A DNA stretch of 64,000 nt from Pseudomonadota bacterium (GTDB lineage Bacteria > Bdellovibrionota_B > Oligoflexia > Oligoflexales > RGVZ01): contig JBEGVZ010000104.1 of NCBI GenBank assembly GCA_041178085.1, forward strand, positions 3,719 to 67,718, written 5' to 3'. A program made the position numbers and the translations under genes. The notes beneath the pieces are model-generated. The model had not been told where the DNA came from and did no database searches. It saw only the letters and a list, made by a program, of their open reading frames with translations. This document shows, in pieces, positions 37,809 to 46,979 of the stretch (within the stretch, counting starts at the first letter, position 1; every line of letters starts with the position of its first letter).

Positions 37809-37834
37809 AACAGGGCCAGGCCCGGCGCTGGGCG

Positions 37835-38806
37835 TCACATCGTTTGCGTGGAGGGCTGGGACAACGGGCCCTTGACCTGAATCTTCAATTCTCCGTTGCG
37901 GGCAGCGCCACCAGAGAACGCATCCATCAGAAATCCAAACTTATCTGCCAGGGATTTTTGTAGTTTGACCAAAACCTCAATCTGAAGTTGGCTCGTGTTC
38001 AGGGGAGCCTTGACCGCAATTGACCCAGAGGATGTAAGGGTCAATTCATCTGACTCGAAGCCTGAGCCTTTCTCAATGTTCAGGATGCCATTGGTCATGG
38101 CAGCCTGGATCCCGGCCTTGTTGAACTTCTGGTCAGGCAATCCAAGGGAAGGATCGCTGAGTTTCAACACGGCGTCGACGAACTTCAAGTTGACCTTGCC
38201 AGTCGACTGCTGCGGCGCGCTGGCATCGATCGAAAAGTCGAGAGCACCGTCGAGTTTCGCCGCCAATCCAATCCCGTTTAGCACAGGTGCCAGGAGCGGA
38301 TTTGCGTCCGGACCAGAAGCGAGGGTACCCAGGGCAAACGCAGCAATCTCGTCAATCTTGAACTTGTTTGCTTCCAACTCAACGGCGGAAGGAACCGGAT
38401 TACCTTTCATCAATCCGCCAACAGGCAAGGCAAGGAACAAGTACAGGTTTGAACTGTCGCCAGTTGAAACTTGTGTATTCAACGCCAACTTTCCAGCCAG
38501 CAGGTAGACGGGATTCACGGTCACAGAAAGACTCTTGAACTTCAGCGTCTTGGGTTTCGCACCGCCACCTGTGATCGAAACGTCCCCGGCGCGGAAACCA
38601 ATCGGCAGCTTGGCACCAAAATCACCCATGGAGATCGACATGCCCGTGAACCGGGATAGTCCGTTTGAGATGGACTCCTTGAGCATGTCATAGGGAAAGG
38701 TGACGACCAGGAAGAAAAAGAAACTAAAAGCGAAAATAGCACCGATGCCGGCGCGACTACCCAATAGTTTCAAAGCCCGTGATGGATCAATCATGACGCG
38801 CCCCAT
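37835..38806 (-). CDS. gspN: Type II secretion protein GspN
   Basis: N-terminal TM ending TFPYD, beta-taco-like body, C-terminal GPLSQP; last gene of the gsp cluster. Confidence 0.8.
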   Translation of the reverse strand: MGRVMIDPSRALKLLGSRAGIGAIFAFSFFFFLVVTFPYDMLKESISNGLSRFTGMSISMGDFGAKLPIGFRAGDVSITGGGAKPKTLKFKSLSVTVNPVYLLAGKLALNTQVSTGDSSNLYLFLALPVGGLMKGNPVPSAVELEANKFKIDEIAAFALGTLASGPDANPLLAPVLNGIGLAAKLDGALDFSIDASAPQQSTGKVNLKFVDAVLKLSDPSLGLPDQKFNKAGIQAAMTNGILNIEKGSGFESDELTLTSSGSIAVKAPLNTSQLQIEVLVKLQKSLADKFGFLMDAFSGGAARNGELKIQVKGPLSQPSTQTM

Positions 38807-38810
38807 GACT

Positions 38811-39470
38811 TCAGCTGCCAACCGAATACCCCCTGGCTGTCAACTTCGCATCAAAATACAAACGGGTGCCGAATCGGCCACGGATCTCAAGGTCCTGGAC
38901 CCGGATGTAGTTGTTTGCTTTCTCAATCTCGATCAGAAAGTTGAGGAGTTTCGGAATCGAAGTGTTGTTGATGCGCAGGTCCTTGACCTTGACCTCCTGC
39001 ATCTTCGCCCCCAGGGGGTTGTCAGCGTCGAGCGGATTCTTCTGGACGTTCAGGCCTTCCAGTTGAATCAAGGTGTCGCGGGCGACTTTCTCGAAGAACG
39101 GCTTCACCTGAAGATCGGATGTCTTGCGCTGTACCTGCTCGACAACCTTCTGGAATCGAGCATCTTCTACGGCGTACTCTGCCTTGAGTTCCTGCAACTC
39201 ATGTAACGCAGCAAAGGCGTTATTCAGGTCCGCCTTGAGGGCGTTGACCCGGGAGATATAAATTGCAAATGCGACAACAATGACGAAAGCGATCGATCCT
39301 GCAACCGCGGCAAGCACACCCACGCGCTGAGCGGGTTCCAGCTTGTAAAAGCTGTCCATAAGGAAATCGAGGCGCTCGTTGTTTGCCCCGAAAGCCTGCA
39401 TGCGCAACCGCTCAAGAAGCGTGTTGACGCGTTCCTTGAGCTGTTCAAAGAGTTGTTTCAACTCATTCAT
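38811..39470 (-). CDS. gspM: Type II secretion protein GspM-like
   Basis: TM, coiled coil and ferredoxin-like end; between gspL and gspN. Confidence 0.7.
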   Translation of the reverse strand: MNELKQLFEQLKERVNTLLERLRMQAFGANNERLDFLMDSFYKLEPAQRVGVLAAVAGSIAFVIVVAFAIYISRVNALKADLNNAFAALHELQELKAEYAVEDARFQKVVEQVQRKTSDLQVKPFFEKVARDTLIQLEGLNVQKNPLDADNPLGAKMQEVKVKDLRINNTSIPKLLNFLIEIEKANNYIRVQDLEIRGRFGTRLYFDAKLTARGYSVGS

Positions 39471-41161
39471 AATGGTTTTTCCTGCTTGGCCGGTGTACCG
39501 GCAACGACGATCTCGCCCGTGTATGTAAATGTGATCAGGAACTCAATCACCTTGCCGTCTGTACCTGGCTTGGGTCCGCTCTGCTTTTCTTCGATATCCT
39601 TGAAAGCCGACACGGTCTTGAGCGCTGACATGACACTCGCGACGGTAGCGTAACCGTCTGTCTCACCTTTGAGCTTGATCTTGCCCCCACCGTCCGGATT
39701 CGACACAAAGTCGAAGGTCGTGACATCAACCTTTACCGTCTTGGGAAGGAAATCACTGACCAGCTTGAGGGCCATGAGCGCGGGGGTATTGGAATTTTCG
39801 CGGATGAAAGAATCCACAGCAGTGCGGCGCGCCTGCGTTTCCTTCCTTGCCAGGTTCCGGAAGTCAGTCTTTACCTTGGTGAAAGCCACGTTCTCGGTCT
39901 TCATCTTGCGCTTCAGGTCCGGAAACTGTGCTGCGATTTCCTTCACGTACAACTGCTGCACTTGCTCAGTCTGGCGCGAGTAGAAAAATGACTTGATCCC
40001 ATAGCTAACGACCAGCAATAGGACTGCAAAAGCCACTGCCTTCGAGGCCAGCCCTGCGGCCTTGATCAAGGACTCATAATTCTGAACATAAGCAAATTCA
40101 CCGCGCCGCAAGTTGATGGTACTAAGCTTGCGTGAGGACCCGACGGAACGCAGGCCGATGGCAACCGACTGCGGGATCACTGCGGAGTGCGTAAACAGTG
40201 CCGGGTTCATCTTGAGGGCGGTACCTGACAGGTCCATCCTCGTCACTTCCATCTCGAGCCTGTCAGCGAGGTACCGGTCAATGTTATCCAGACGCGTCGT
40301 CCCGCCAGAAATGACAAGCCGTGTGACCGGGGCCTTTTCATATGTCTTGAACGCATACATGGTCCGGCCGAGTTCCTTGACCAGCGTGTTCATTGCAAGA
40401 GTCAAACGTCCTGCTGCGTGCTTTTCCCTGCCACCAAGGCCACCGGCAGATTCCCCGCCAAACTCCAGCCTGCTGACCTGGTGCTTCAGCTCCTGAGCCT
40501 CGCCATAGGAAATTTCCATGTCACGGGAGAGGAATTCCGTCATGAACCGCCCGCCCAGGTTGATGGAGCGGAACATCCGCAAAACATCGCCCTGCACCAG
40601 GCAAACGCTGGTCTTTTCGTGACCGATGTCAACAAGGCCAACGACTTCCGACGGGTTCAGGTTGAGATGGGGACTCAGGTTGTAAAACGACAGGCTGTCC
40701 ACATCGACCAGCTTCGGGTCGATGTTGATACGCTGCAAATGCTCCAGGAAAGTTTTAAGGAATATCTTCCTGGTCAAGACCACCAGCGCAAGGGTCTTGC
40801 TGTCGGCTGCGCCCAGCAACTGGTGATCGATGATCATGTCGTCCAGGTCAAACGGGACGACATCTTCGACCTCAGAGAACACAGCAGCCTGAATCTTGCG
40901 CGGATCGGAAAAATTGAACGGCAAAATCCGGCTGGAAATGTACTGCCCGGGCATTGCGGTGATGATTCGGTCCGCATCGAGGGAATTCTCGCGAAATAAC
41001 TGTTCCATGGTCGACGGAACGATCACATCAGGATCAGTATCCTCTCGAACGGGAATGATCTTCTCGTAGAAATTGGAAATCTCGTAGGACTTGAAGGTGT
41101 TGATGATCTCAACTGCCTTGATCGAGTAACTTCCGATGTCAAGCCCGATGATTTTCTGCAT
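39467..41161 (-). CDS. gspL: Type II secretion protein GspL (PilM/PilN-like fusion)
   Basis: IGLDIGSYSIK and VDIGHEKT actin-like motifs, SGG, INLRRGEF, TM, periplasmic domain. Confidence 0.88.
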   Translation of the reverse strand: MQKIIGLDIGSYSIKAVEIINTFKSYEISNFYEKIIPVREDTDPDVIVPSTMEQLFRENSLDADRIITAMPGQYISSRILPFNFSDPRKIQAAVFSEVEDVVPFDLDDMIIDHQLLGAADSKTLALVVLTRKIFLKTFLEHLQRINIDPKLVDVDSLSFYNLSPHLNLNPSEVVGLVDIGHEKTSVCLVQGDVLRMFRSINLGGRFMTEFLSRDMEISYGEAQELKHQVSRLEFGGESAGGLGGREKHAAGRLTLAMNTLVKELGRTMYAFKTYEKAPVTRLVISGGTTRLDNIDRYLADRLEMEVTRMDLSGTALKMNPALFTHSAVIPQSVAIGLRSVGSSRKLSTINLRRGEFAYVQNYESLIKAAGLASKAVAFAVLLLVVSYGIKSFFYSRQTEQVQQLYVKEIAAQFPDLKRKMKTENVAFTKVKTDFRNLARKETQARRTAVDSFIRENSNTPALMALKLVSDFLPKTVKVDVTTFDFVSNPDGGGKIKLKGETDGYATVASVMSALKTVSAFKDIEEKQSGPKPGTDGKVIEFLITFTYTGEIVVAGTPAKQEKPL

Positions 41162-41196
41162 TAATAGCTATCCCGGCGGAATTGCAGTCAGATTCC

Positions 41197-41270
41197 ATTG
41201 TCGCCCGTCGTGCATTGGCATGTCAACGTCACCAACTGCTCTCCACCCCTGCGCCTGACATCTGATGTCA
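41197..41270 (-). promoter_or_regulatory. Internal sigma-70 promoter for gspLMN plus upstream palindrome
   Basis: TTGACA-N18-GACAAT (41226-41197); TGACATC-T-GATGTCA at 41256-41270. Confidence 0.55.
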
Positions 41271-41504
41271 CTGCATCCCACGTTCTGCCCCGGCTTTTCT
41301 GCTGTCTATTAACCCGACTTTGTTGGGATATCAGACCAGCGACTGCGATATGCGAAGCCTGCGCGCCAGAGAATTAAAAAGAGAATCGACAGGATCGTGG
41401 GGTTATCAACAGGCCGGTCAAAGGCCCAAATCGGCGTAATGACAGGGACTGGGCTCATGTAAAACCCCGCCAAACACCTCAGGCGCAGTTGAGTAGAGCA
41501 GTTC

Positions 41505-42791
41505 CTACAGGAACCGCCAATAAAGGACCCTGAAGGCAGACCTGCTCGACAGGTTCGAACCAACGGCAGTTCCGTCAGGAATGACTCTTTCGATCACAGC
41601 AAGCAGGGTACGTCTGGTATCGCCGGAGGAAGCATTGATCTCGATGCGGTAGGTTTGGGACATTCGACCAAACCAGGAGGATTTGTTTGCCGGATCAGCC
41701 TGGTTGCCACCTCCCCCATCACTGCGGGAATAGCCGAAGAGGTCAGAAATCACCTGGTCCATGGGCTTGTCCTTACCGGCCAGAGATTTGAATTCGGTCT
41801 CCCGCAATTTGAGCATCTGGGCAAGACGCTTGAAACGCTCGGGGCCGGCGTCCTGGAAAAAGCATTGGAGTAGCTCGCGTGGAGCCGAGTTAATGTTGAT
41901 CTTGGGCCGGTCCTCCCGTTTCTTCCAGATGGGAAAAACGGTCAAGTAGGGTGCGAAAACCTTGTGGACATCCTCATCCCATCCCTCAATCATTTTCAGT
42001 TCATCGATGGAGTCCAACGGACCGTTTTTCGCCTTATAAGGCTTCTTGCGCCGGCTATAAGGATCGGACTCGTCGGAAAATCCGGATTCCGATTCAACCC
42101 GTGAATCTGGATCCACCCAATCCTGCACCCGGGCCGACAGCTCCATCGGAGTCAAACGCTTCTTGGACAGGAAGGCTTTTTCCGCGGGGCAGCTTAGCAG
42201 GGCGGTCAACATTGCACGCACGGCCGCACAAGGTTCCCGCGCGCCGCTGGAGCAGTAATTCAGGTCGATCTTCTGCTGCTCATCCGCGATCTTGATCGCA
42301 AAGGATCCCTCGATTGCCTTGAGTTGATCGATGGTGCCAGAATCCATCACATTGCTCAGACCAAATGCCGCAACAAAGGACTGAACCATGTCAGCGTCCT
42401 CCCCTCCCAAGGGCGGCAACTGATTGAGCAGCTCCCACAGGCGCAAGTCCATGTCCCCCAGCCCAAGTGATTGCAAGGCTGGCGTCGAGCTGAGCGTGAG
42501 GTCTTTTGCAAGATCCGCCGACAACATGAAGGTGGAGAGGTTGAAGCCTGACTTTGCCGCATACTCGGCCCGCACGCGATCCCGCTGGGTAACTGCGAGC
42601 TGCAGGTCAACCTGGGATGAAACGATCGACTCGGCTGCAAACAGGATCATGATGGCAATCATCATCACTGCCATCAGCAGGGCAATGCCCTTATCGCCTT
42701 TTTTTTCTGGAGCACATGTCCCATGCGCAACAGGAAATCCAAGAAGCGTTTGAACACTTCTGGAATCACCTTTTTTGCGCAGGAGCCACAT
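41505..42791 (-). CDS. gspK: Minor pseudopilin GspK
   Basis: KG|IALLMAV, DEQQKIDLN, DWVDPD, KNGPLDSIDEL, ININSA. Confidence 0.92.
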   Translation of the reverse strand: MWLLRKKGDSRSVQTLLGFPVAHGTCAPEKKGDKGIALLMAVMMIAIMILFAAESIVSSQVDLQLAVTQRDRVRAEYAAKSGFNLSTFMLSADLAKDLTLSSTPALQSLGLGDMDLRLWELLNQLPPLGGEDADMVQSFVAAFGLSNVMDSGTIDQLKAIEGSFAIKIADEQQKIDLNYCSSGAREPCAAVRAMLTALLSCPAEKAFLSKKRLTPMELSARVQDWVDPDSRVESESGFSDESDPYSRRKKPYKAKNGPLDSIDELKMIEGWDEDVHKVFAPYLTVFPIWKKREDRPKININSAPRELLQCFFQDAGPERFKRLAQMLKLRETEFKSLAGKDKPMDQVISDLFGYSRSDGGGGNQADPANKSSWFGRMSQTYRIEINASSGDTRRTLLAVIERVIPDGTAVGSNLSSRSAFRVLYWRFL

Positions 42792-42792
42792 C

Positions 42793-43599
42793 TCAATACC
42801 ACCTGATGCTGTTGACTGGCTGTTTCAACTCGGCCATCCCGGAGGAAAGAGCCGGTACGACAATAGTCCGCATATCGAAGGTTGCTGCACCCTGGTTGGC
42901 CTCTCCTGACTGCCCCTGGGGGTTGGCTGAAGCAGGCAGGCCAAAGGGGGTCCCGGCGGTGTCAACAAAGGCCGATAACTCGATCCTGACCAACTTCGGC
43001 AGTTTGTTGCGCGTGTCGCCGCGAGTCGAATCCCAGCGGTCTCGCAACCAGTCATCTCCTCGCCAGCCAACGATCTTGAGCGCCTTTACGTTGCGCAAGA
43101 TCATGTTCATCGGTGGATCCTCGCGAAAGTTTGCGCTGCCGATGTTGATTGCCCCACGGTACAGGTCCTTTTCACCGGGACGCCCCTCCGCGTCCTTGAG
43201 TTCGTAGACGACGTAGGCTTGGTCACCCTCATGGTTGTTGGCAAGGAGAGGCAGGTTGGAAAAAGTCGTCAGCGAAAGTTTGTCGCTGTCTCCCGCCGGA
43301 TCGACCCTGAATATCGTCTTCATGGTCCGCTCAACAGGCATCCGTATCTGATCCGTATTGGCAAGGATGAATGCGTGTTCAATGTCGCGCGTCAGCATCT
43401 CCATTGCAAAGTTCAACTGTCGTACCGAGCGCGACTGGGTAGACAAACCCTGACGGACGTCAATTGCCGAACGCATCATCACCACGACAGCAACCGTCAG
43501 GGAGAGCAAGATGGCGATGGAAATCACGATTTCGATGATCGTGAAACCGGCCGTCGACACCGGCCTCCGTTTTTTCAACACAGGTCCGCAAACGTTCAC
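42793..43599 (-). CDS. gspJ: Minor pseudopilin GspJ
   Basis: AG|FTIIE prepilin motif, RDI, WDS, LPKLVRIEL. Confidence 0.88.
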   Translation of the reverse strand: MNVCGPVLKKRRPVSTAGFTIIEIVISIAILLSLTVAVVVMMRSAIDVRQGLSTQSRSVRQLNFAMEMLTRDIEHAFILANTDQIRMPVERTMKTIFRVDPAGDSDKLSLTTFSNLPLLANNHEGDQAYVVYELKDAEGRPGEKDLYRGAINIGSANFREDPPMNMILRNVKALKIVGWRGDDWLRDRWDSTRGDTRNKLPKLVRIELSAFVDTAGTPFGLPASANPQGQSGEANQGAATFDMRTIVVPALSSGMAELKQPVNSIRWY

Positions 43600-44381
43600 G
43601 GCTGACCCCCACCTGTGGAGTTCGGCGGGTTTGACCCCGTCGCGCCGCCTGAGGCGCCCCCGGTTGTCGGCTTTGGACCACCTCCAGTCGTCGCACCGCC
43701 CGTCGCACCACCTGTCGCACCACCGCCGCCCTGTTGCTGGCCTGCCGTACTTGTATTTTCCTTCTTCAGAAGCGCCTCGTAAGCACCCTTCAATCCTGCA
43801 AGAGTGCTATCCATCTTCTCCTGGTTGACCAGTATCATCCCAAGGCTGGTGCTGTTCCGCGTTGCACCCTCTGGCCAATAGACAGTGACCTTTGCCATCT
43901 TGAAGGCATCGTCCCCGATTGCCTGGTCAAGGGCTGTTTTCACGATCTCACCAAGTCCTCCAGCCGCCGAAGAGGACTCACCGTCGGCTCCCTTTTTTGC
44001 TGCAAGAGCACCCGCCAGGATGCTGCCCATGTTGAGTTTCCACTCCTGGATTTCGATGTCGTAGCTGTAATCAGGAGCATCCTCGAATTTCTGATCTTTG
44101 ACGGACGTGGTGAGCTCCTTGAAGGGGCGAAATGCAGCCTGATACTCCACCTGGCCCATAAGCCGCTTCGCCAGCCACGATGCTTCACTGACCCGGCGAC
44201 CGTACTCAGCAAATGAGATGGCATTGCCTTGCACCCCGCCCATCTGGATGATGAGGAAAGCCATCAGGCTAAGGGCAATGACAGTCTCGACTAGCGTGAA
44301 GCTCCGCTCTCCCGGGTTGGCTGAACCAGGAAACCTGCCGGAGGCGATGCGCGCCGTCTTGATTGCTTTGAGCCGATACAT
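43596..44381 (-). CDS. gspI: Minor pseudopilin GspI with Gly/Thr-rich tail
   Basis: S|FTLVE motif, VTVYW; position between gspH and gspJ. Confidence 0.8.
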   Translation of the reverse strand: MYRLKAIKTARIASGRFPGSANPGERSFTLVETVIALSLMAFLIIQMGGVQGNAISFAEYGRRVSEASWLAKRLMGQVEYQAAFRPFKELTTSVKDQKFEDAPDYSYDIEIQEWKLNMGSILAGALAAKKGADGESSSAAGGLGEIVKTALDQAIGDDAFKMAKVTVYWPEGATRNSTSLGMILVNQEKMDSTLAGLKGAYEALLKKENTSTAGQQQGGGGATGGATGGATTGGGPKPTTGGASGGATGSNPPNSTGGGQP

Positions 44382-44418
44382 CTTCAAGGATGAAACAAAC
44401 TCCAACTAGAAAAGATTT

Positions 44419-45270
44419 TCAGTCCAGGACAACCTGAGATTCTTCGCCAGTATCAATGGTATCAAGGGTGCCCGCGTAAGCACTGGTCTTGAATGTATAG
44501 GGCGGGATTGTATCATCCGGCACGCGGTCGTCTTTTTTGTAGGAAATGATCATCCATGCCCGCTCCACATATCCACCAGGAAGAAAGTACAAAAATGCCC
44601 GCCCGTTTTCCTGCATATCAACGACTGATTGCTTTGATGCGTGATGTTCTGCCTGCATCTCCTTGACCATGAGAAACGGTCCTAGTGTACGTTCGCGCCA
44701 TTCCAGGTTCGTGACCCGGGTCCATTTCGGACGGAGCAGACGCGCCTTTGCCTGTACGACTGGCGAAACGGGCTTGAACTCGGTCTGGGTGTCAGGATCA
44801 ACGATCGGTTCCCCGGCAAGTGACTCGTACTCGAGGAACTCGTTCTCCGCTGCCGCTTCCAGATCCTTCTCTTCTTCCTCGGTTGGGTCGTTCTGCAACC
44901 GGGCGTCCCCAAGCACAAAATCTTTCTGGTCAGTGGTCTCCAGCCAGTACCTTCCACTATTGAACTCGAAGACAAGGCGATAAGGGCGGCCAGTGAGCAC
45001 CGAAAGGTCAAAGGCGCTGCGTACGTCTTCGGCAAGCCGTCCCACCTTGGTGGCAGCCTCGGCACCTGACTTGGCACTGAATTGGGGAATTGCGACTGAA
45101 TAGATAAAGGCAACGAGCGCCACCACGATGACCACTTCGAAAAGGGTCAGGCCGCGCTCGTCGCCAAGAAACCGGTTTACCGCGAAAACGCTGCGACGAT
45201 CAGGGATTTCCTGCCGCCCCGGCAGCCTGCTCCGGATAAACGATGTCGTCAGCGTTGCCAATCTGGCCAT
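44419..45270 (-). CDS. gspH: Minor pseudopilin GspH
   Basis: RG|LTLFEVVIVV, YRLVFE, FLPGG; start uncertain and overlapping gspG. Confidence 0.8.
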   Translation of the reverse strand: MARLATLTTSFIRSRLPGRQEIPDRRSVFAVNRFLGDERGLTLFEVVIVVALVAFIYSVAIPQFSAKSGAEAATKVGRLAEDVRSAFDLSVLTGRPYRLVFEFNSGRYWLETTDQKDFVLGDARLQNDPTEEEEKDLEAAAENEFLEYESLAGEPIVDPDTQTEFKPVSPVVQAKARLLRPKWTRVTNLEWRERTLGPFLMVKEMQAEHHASKQSVVDMQENGRAFLYFLPGGYVERAWMIISYKKDDRVPDDTIPPYTFKTSAYAGTLDTIDTGEESQVVLD

Positions 45271-45676
45271 CCGGACCACCACTGATGATCTTGAAATTTC
45301 TTCCGTCGGACTCATATTGGAACTTCACGTTCCATGGGTCACTCAGCTTGTTCGCTTCGATGTACGGACCGCGCCACGTCTTCACGTCCGAAGGTGCAGT
45401 CATCATGGCGTCGAGTCCCTGCTCAGTCGTCGGATAGCGACCGTTGTGAACACGGTACAGCTGCAAGCTCTGTTCAATCACACCCATGCCAAGCTTTGTC
45501 TGGTCCTTCTTCGCCTCTTCCTGTTGCCCGATTAGGTTCCGGACGAGATACGCCATGAGCGTGCCCATCAAGGCCACGACAATGATGATCTCGATCAAGG
45601 ACATACCGGACATGGAGTTCTGGTTTCCGGCAAACGGCCGGCGCATCATCTCGACAAAGTTTCTAATCCGCTTCAT
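45200..45676 (-). CDS. gspG: Major pseudopilin GspG
   Basis: G|MSLIEII, YPTTEQGL, WRGPY, DPW, GPDG...DDI. Confidence 0.95.
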   Translation of the reverse strand: MKRIRNFVEMMRRPFAGNQNSMSGMSLIEIIIVVALMGTLMAYLVRNLIGQQEEAKKDQTKLGMGVIEQSLQLYRVHNGRYPTTEQGLDAMMTAPSDVKTWRGPYIEANKLSDPWNVKFQYESDGRNFKIISGGPDGQIGNADDIVYPEQAAGAAGNP

Positions 45677-45739
45677 GACATCTCCTTGGATTCGACATTC
45701 GCCCAGCAGGACAAATACTACTAGAACCGTTGCAAAAAA

Positions 45740-46960
45740 TCACCGCACACGATTCATGACGCTCAACATCGGAATCATCAACGCCGCCAGGATGCCCCCT
45801 GCACCGCCAGCCATCAAGATCACCATGGCCGGCTCAATCAAGGCAATCATGGAATTCACCTTGCGTTCAACTTCGGCATCATAAGCAGTTGCCACATGAC
45901 CGAGCATCTCTTCAAGCTGGCCCGTTTTTTCGCCAGTCATGATCATATGCGTCACCAGGGGTGGGAACTGTTCACTTCGTTCAATCGTGGCGCTGAGGCT
46001 CTTACCTTCCTGGACAGCGACCTTCGCCTCATCAAGGACACCGGCAATCACTGAATTCGGGATCACGTTCTTGGTGATCTCAATCGCGCTGATGATCGGC
46101 ACACCTGAATTCAGCAGGGTCGACAAGGTCCTGGTGAACCGGGAAACGTTTGTACGTAGTACGATCGGGCCGAACACCGGGGCTCTAAGCAACCATGCAT
46201 CGAATTTCCTGCGTCCGGATTCGCTCCCAACCCAATACTTGAAAAGGAAGTAGCCCATGACCCCGCCGGCGCCGACCAGCCACCAGTAGCTTTGTAGAAA
46301 CTCGGATAGCTTGATGAGCAATTCGGTGTACCAGGGCAGCTGCACCTTGAGGCTGATGAAAACCTTCTGCAACTTTGGAACAACGCTGACAAAGAGGAAG
46401 ACAACAATGCTGGAACTGGCGACGATCATCACCGCTGGATAGGTCATCGCGCTGACGATCTGCCCCCGGATCTTAACCTGGTACTCAATGAAATCAGCAA
46501 GGCGTTCAAGCACAAGCGCCATAGTGCCGGATGACTCGCCGGCCTTGACCATGTTGACATACAGCCGGTCAAATACACCAGGAAACGAACTCATCGCTTC
46601 TCCAAGGGACTTACCCTCGGAGATCTGATCCTTCACCGAAGACAGTGCATTGCGCAGCACCGGGTTTTCCACCTGCTGGGTCAGTGCGCGCAACGATTCG
46701 TCCAGCGGGACTGACGCAGTCTGCAGGGTTGCAAACTGCCGGGTCATGATCGCCACGTCCTGCTGGGAAACACGGGAACTTGAAAAGCGGGACTTGGTCT
46801 TCGCCTTGCTGGCTGACTCTTCCTCTTTGATTTCTGAGACCATGATGCCATCGCGCTGGCGCAGCTTCTGGCGCGCAGCCTTGACGCTTTCAGCCTCTAC
46901 TTTCCCTTTCTTCTGGGAACCGGAGGCAGCGTCATATCCCTTGTAATTAAAAACAGGCAA
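45740..46960 (-). CDS. gspF: T2SS inner-membrane platform GspF
   Basis: TRQFATL, AGESSG, YP, GEKTGQLEEML, IEP. Confidence 0.95.
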   Translation of the reverse strand: MPVFNYKGYDAASGSQKKGKVEAESVKAARQKLRQRDGIMVSEIKEEESASKAKTKSRFSSSRVSQQDVAIMTRQFATLQTASVPLDESLRALTQQVENPVLRNALSSVKDQISEGKSLGEAMSSFPGVFDRLYVNMVKAGESSGTMALVLERLADFIEYQVKIRGQIVSAMTYPAVMIVASSSIVVFLFVSVVPKLQKVFISLKVQLPWYTELLIKLSEFLQSYWWLVGAGGVMGYFLFKYWVGSESGRRKFDAWLLRAPVFGPIVLRTNVSRFTRTLSTLLNSGVPIISAIEITKNVIPNSVIAGVLDEAKVAVQEGKSLSATIERSEQFPPLVTHMIMTGEKTGQLEEMLGHVATAYDAEVERKVNSMIALIEPAMVILMAGGAGGILAALMIPMLSVMNRVR

Positions 46961-46979
46961 TCAAGGCTCCTGCAGGAAA

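Noticed and set aside
41403-41411. DnaA-box-like TTATCAACA suggesting oriC in the gsp gap
   Set aside because: Single mismatched copy, with no box cluster or AT-rich unwinding element.
43610-43740. Short GC-rich repeats (GTCGCACC)
   Set aside because: Explained by the GGAT peptide repeats of the GspI tail; not an independent element.
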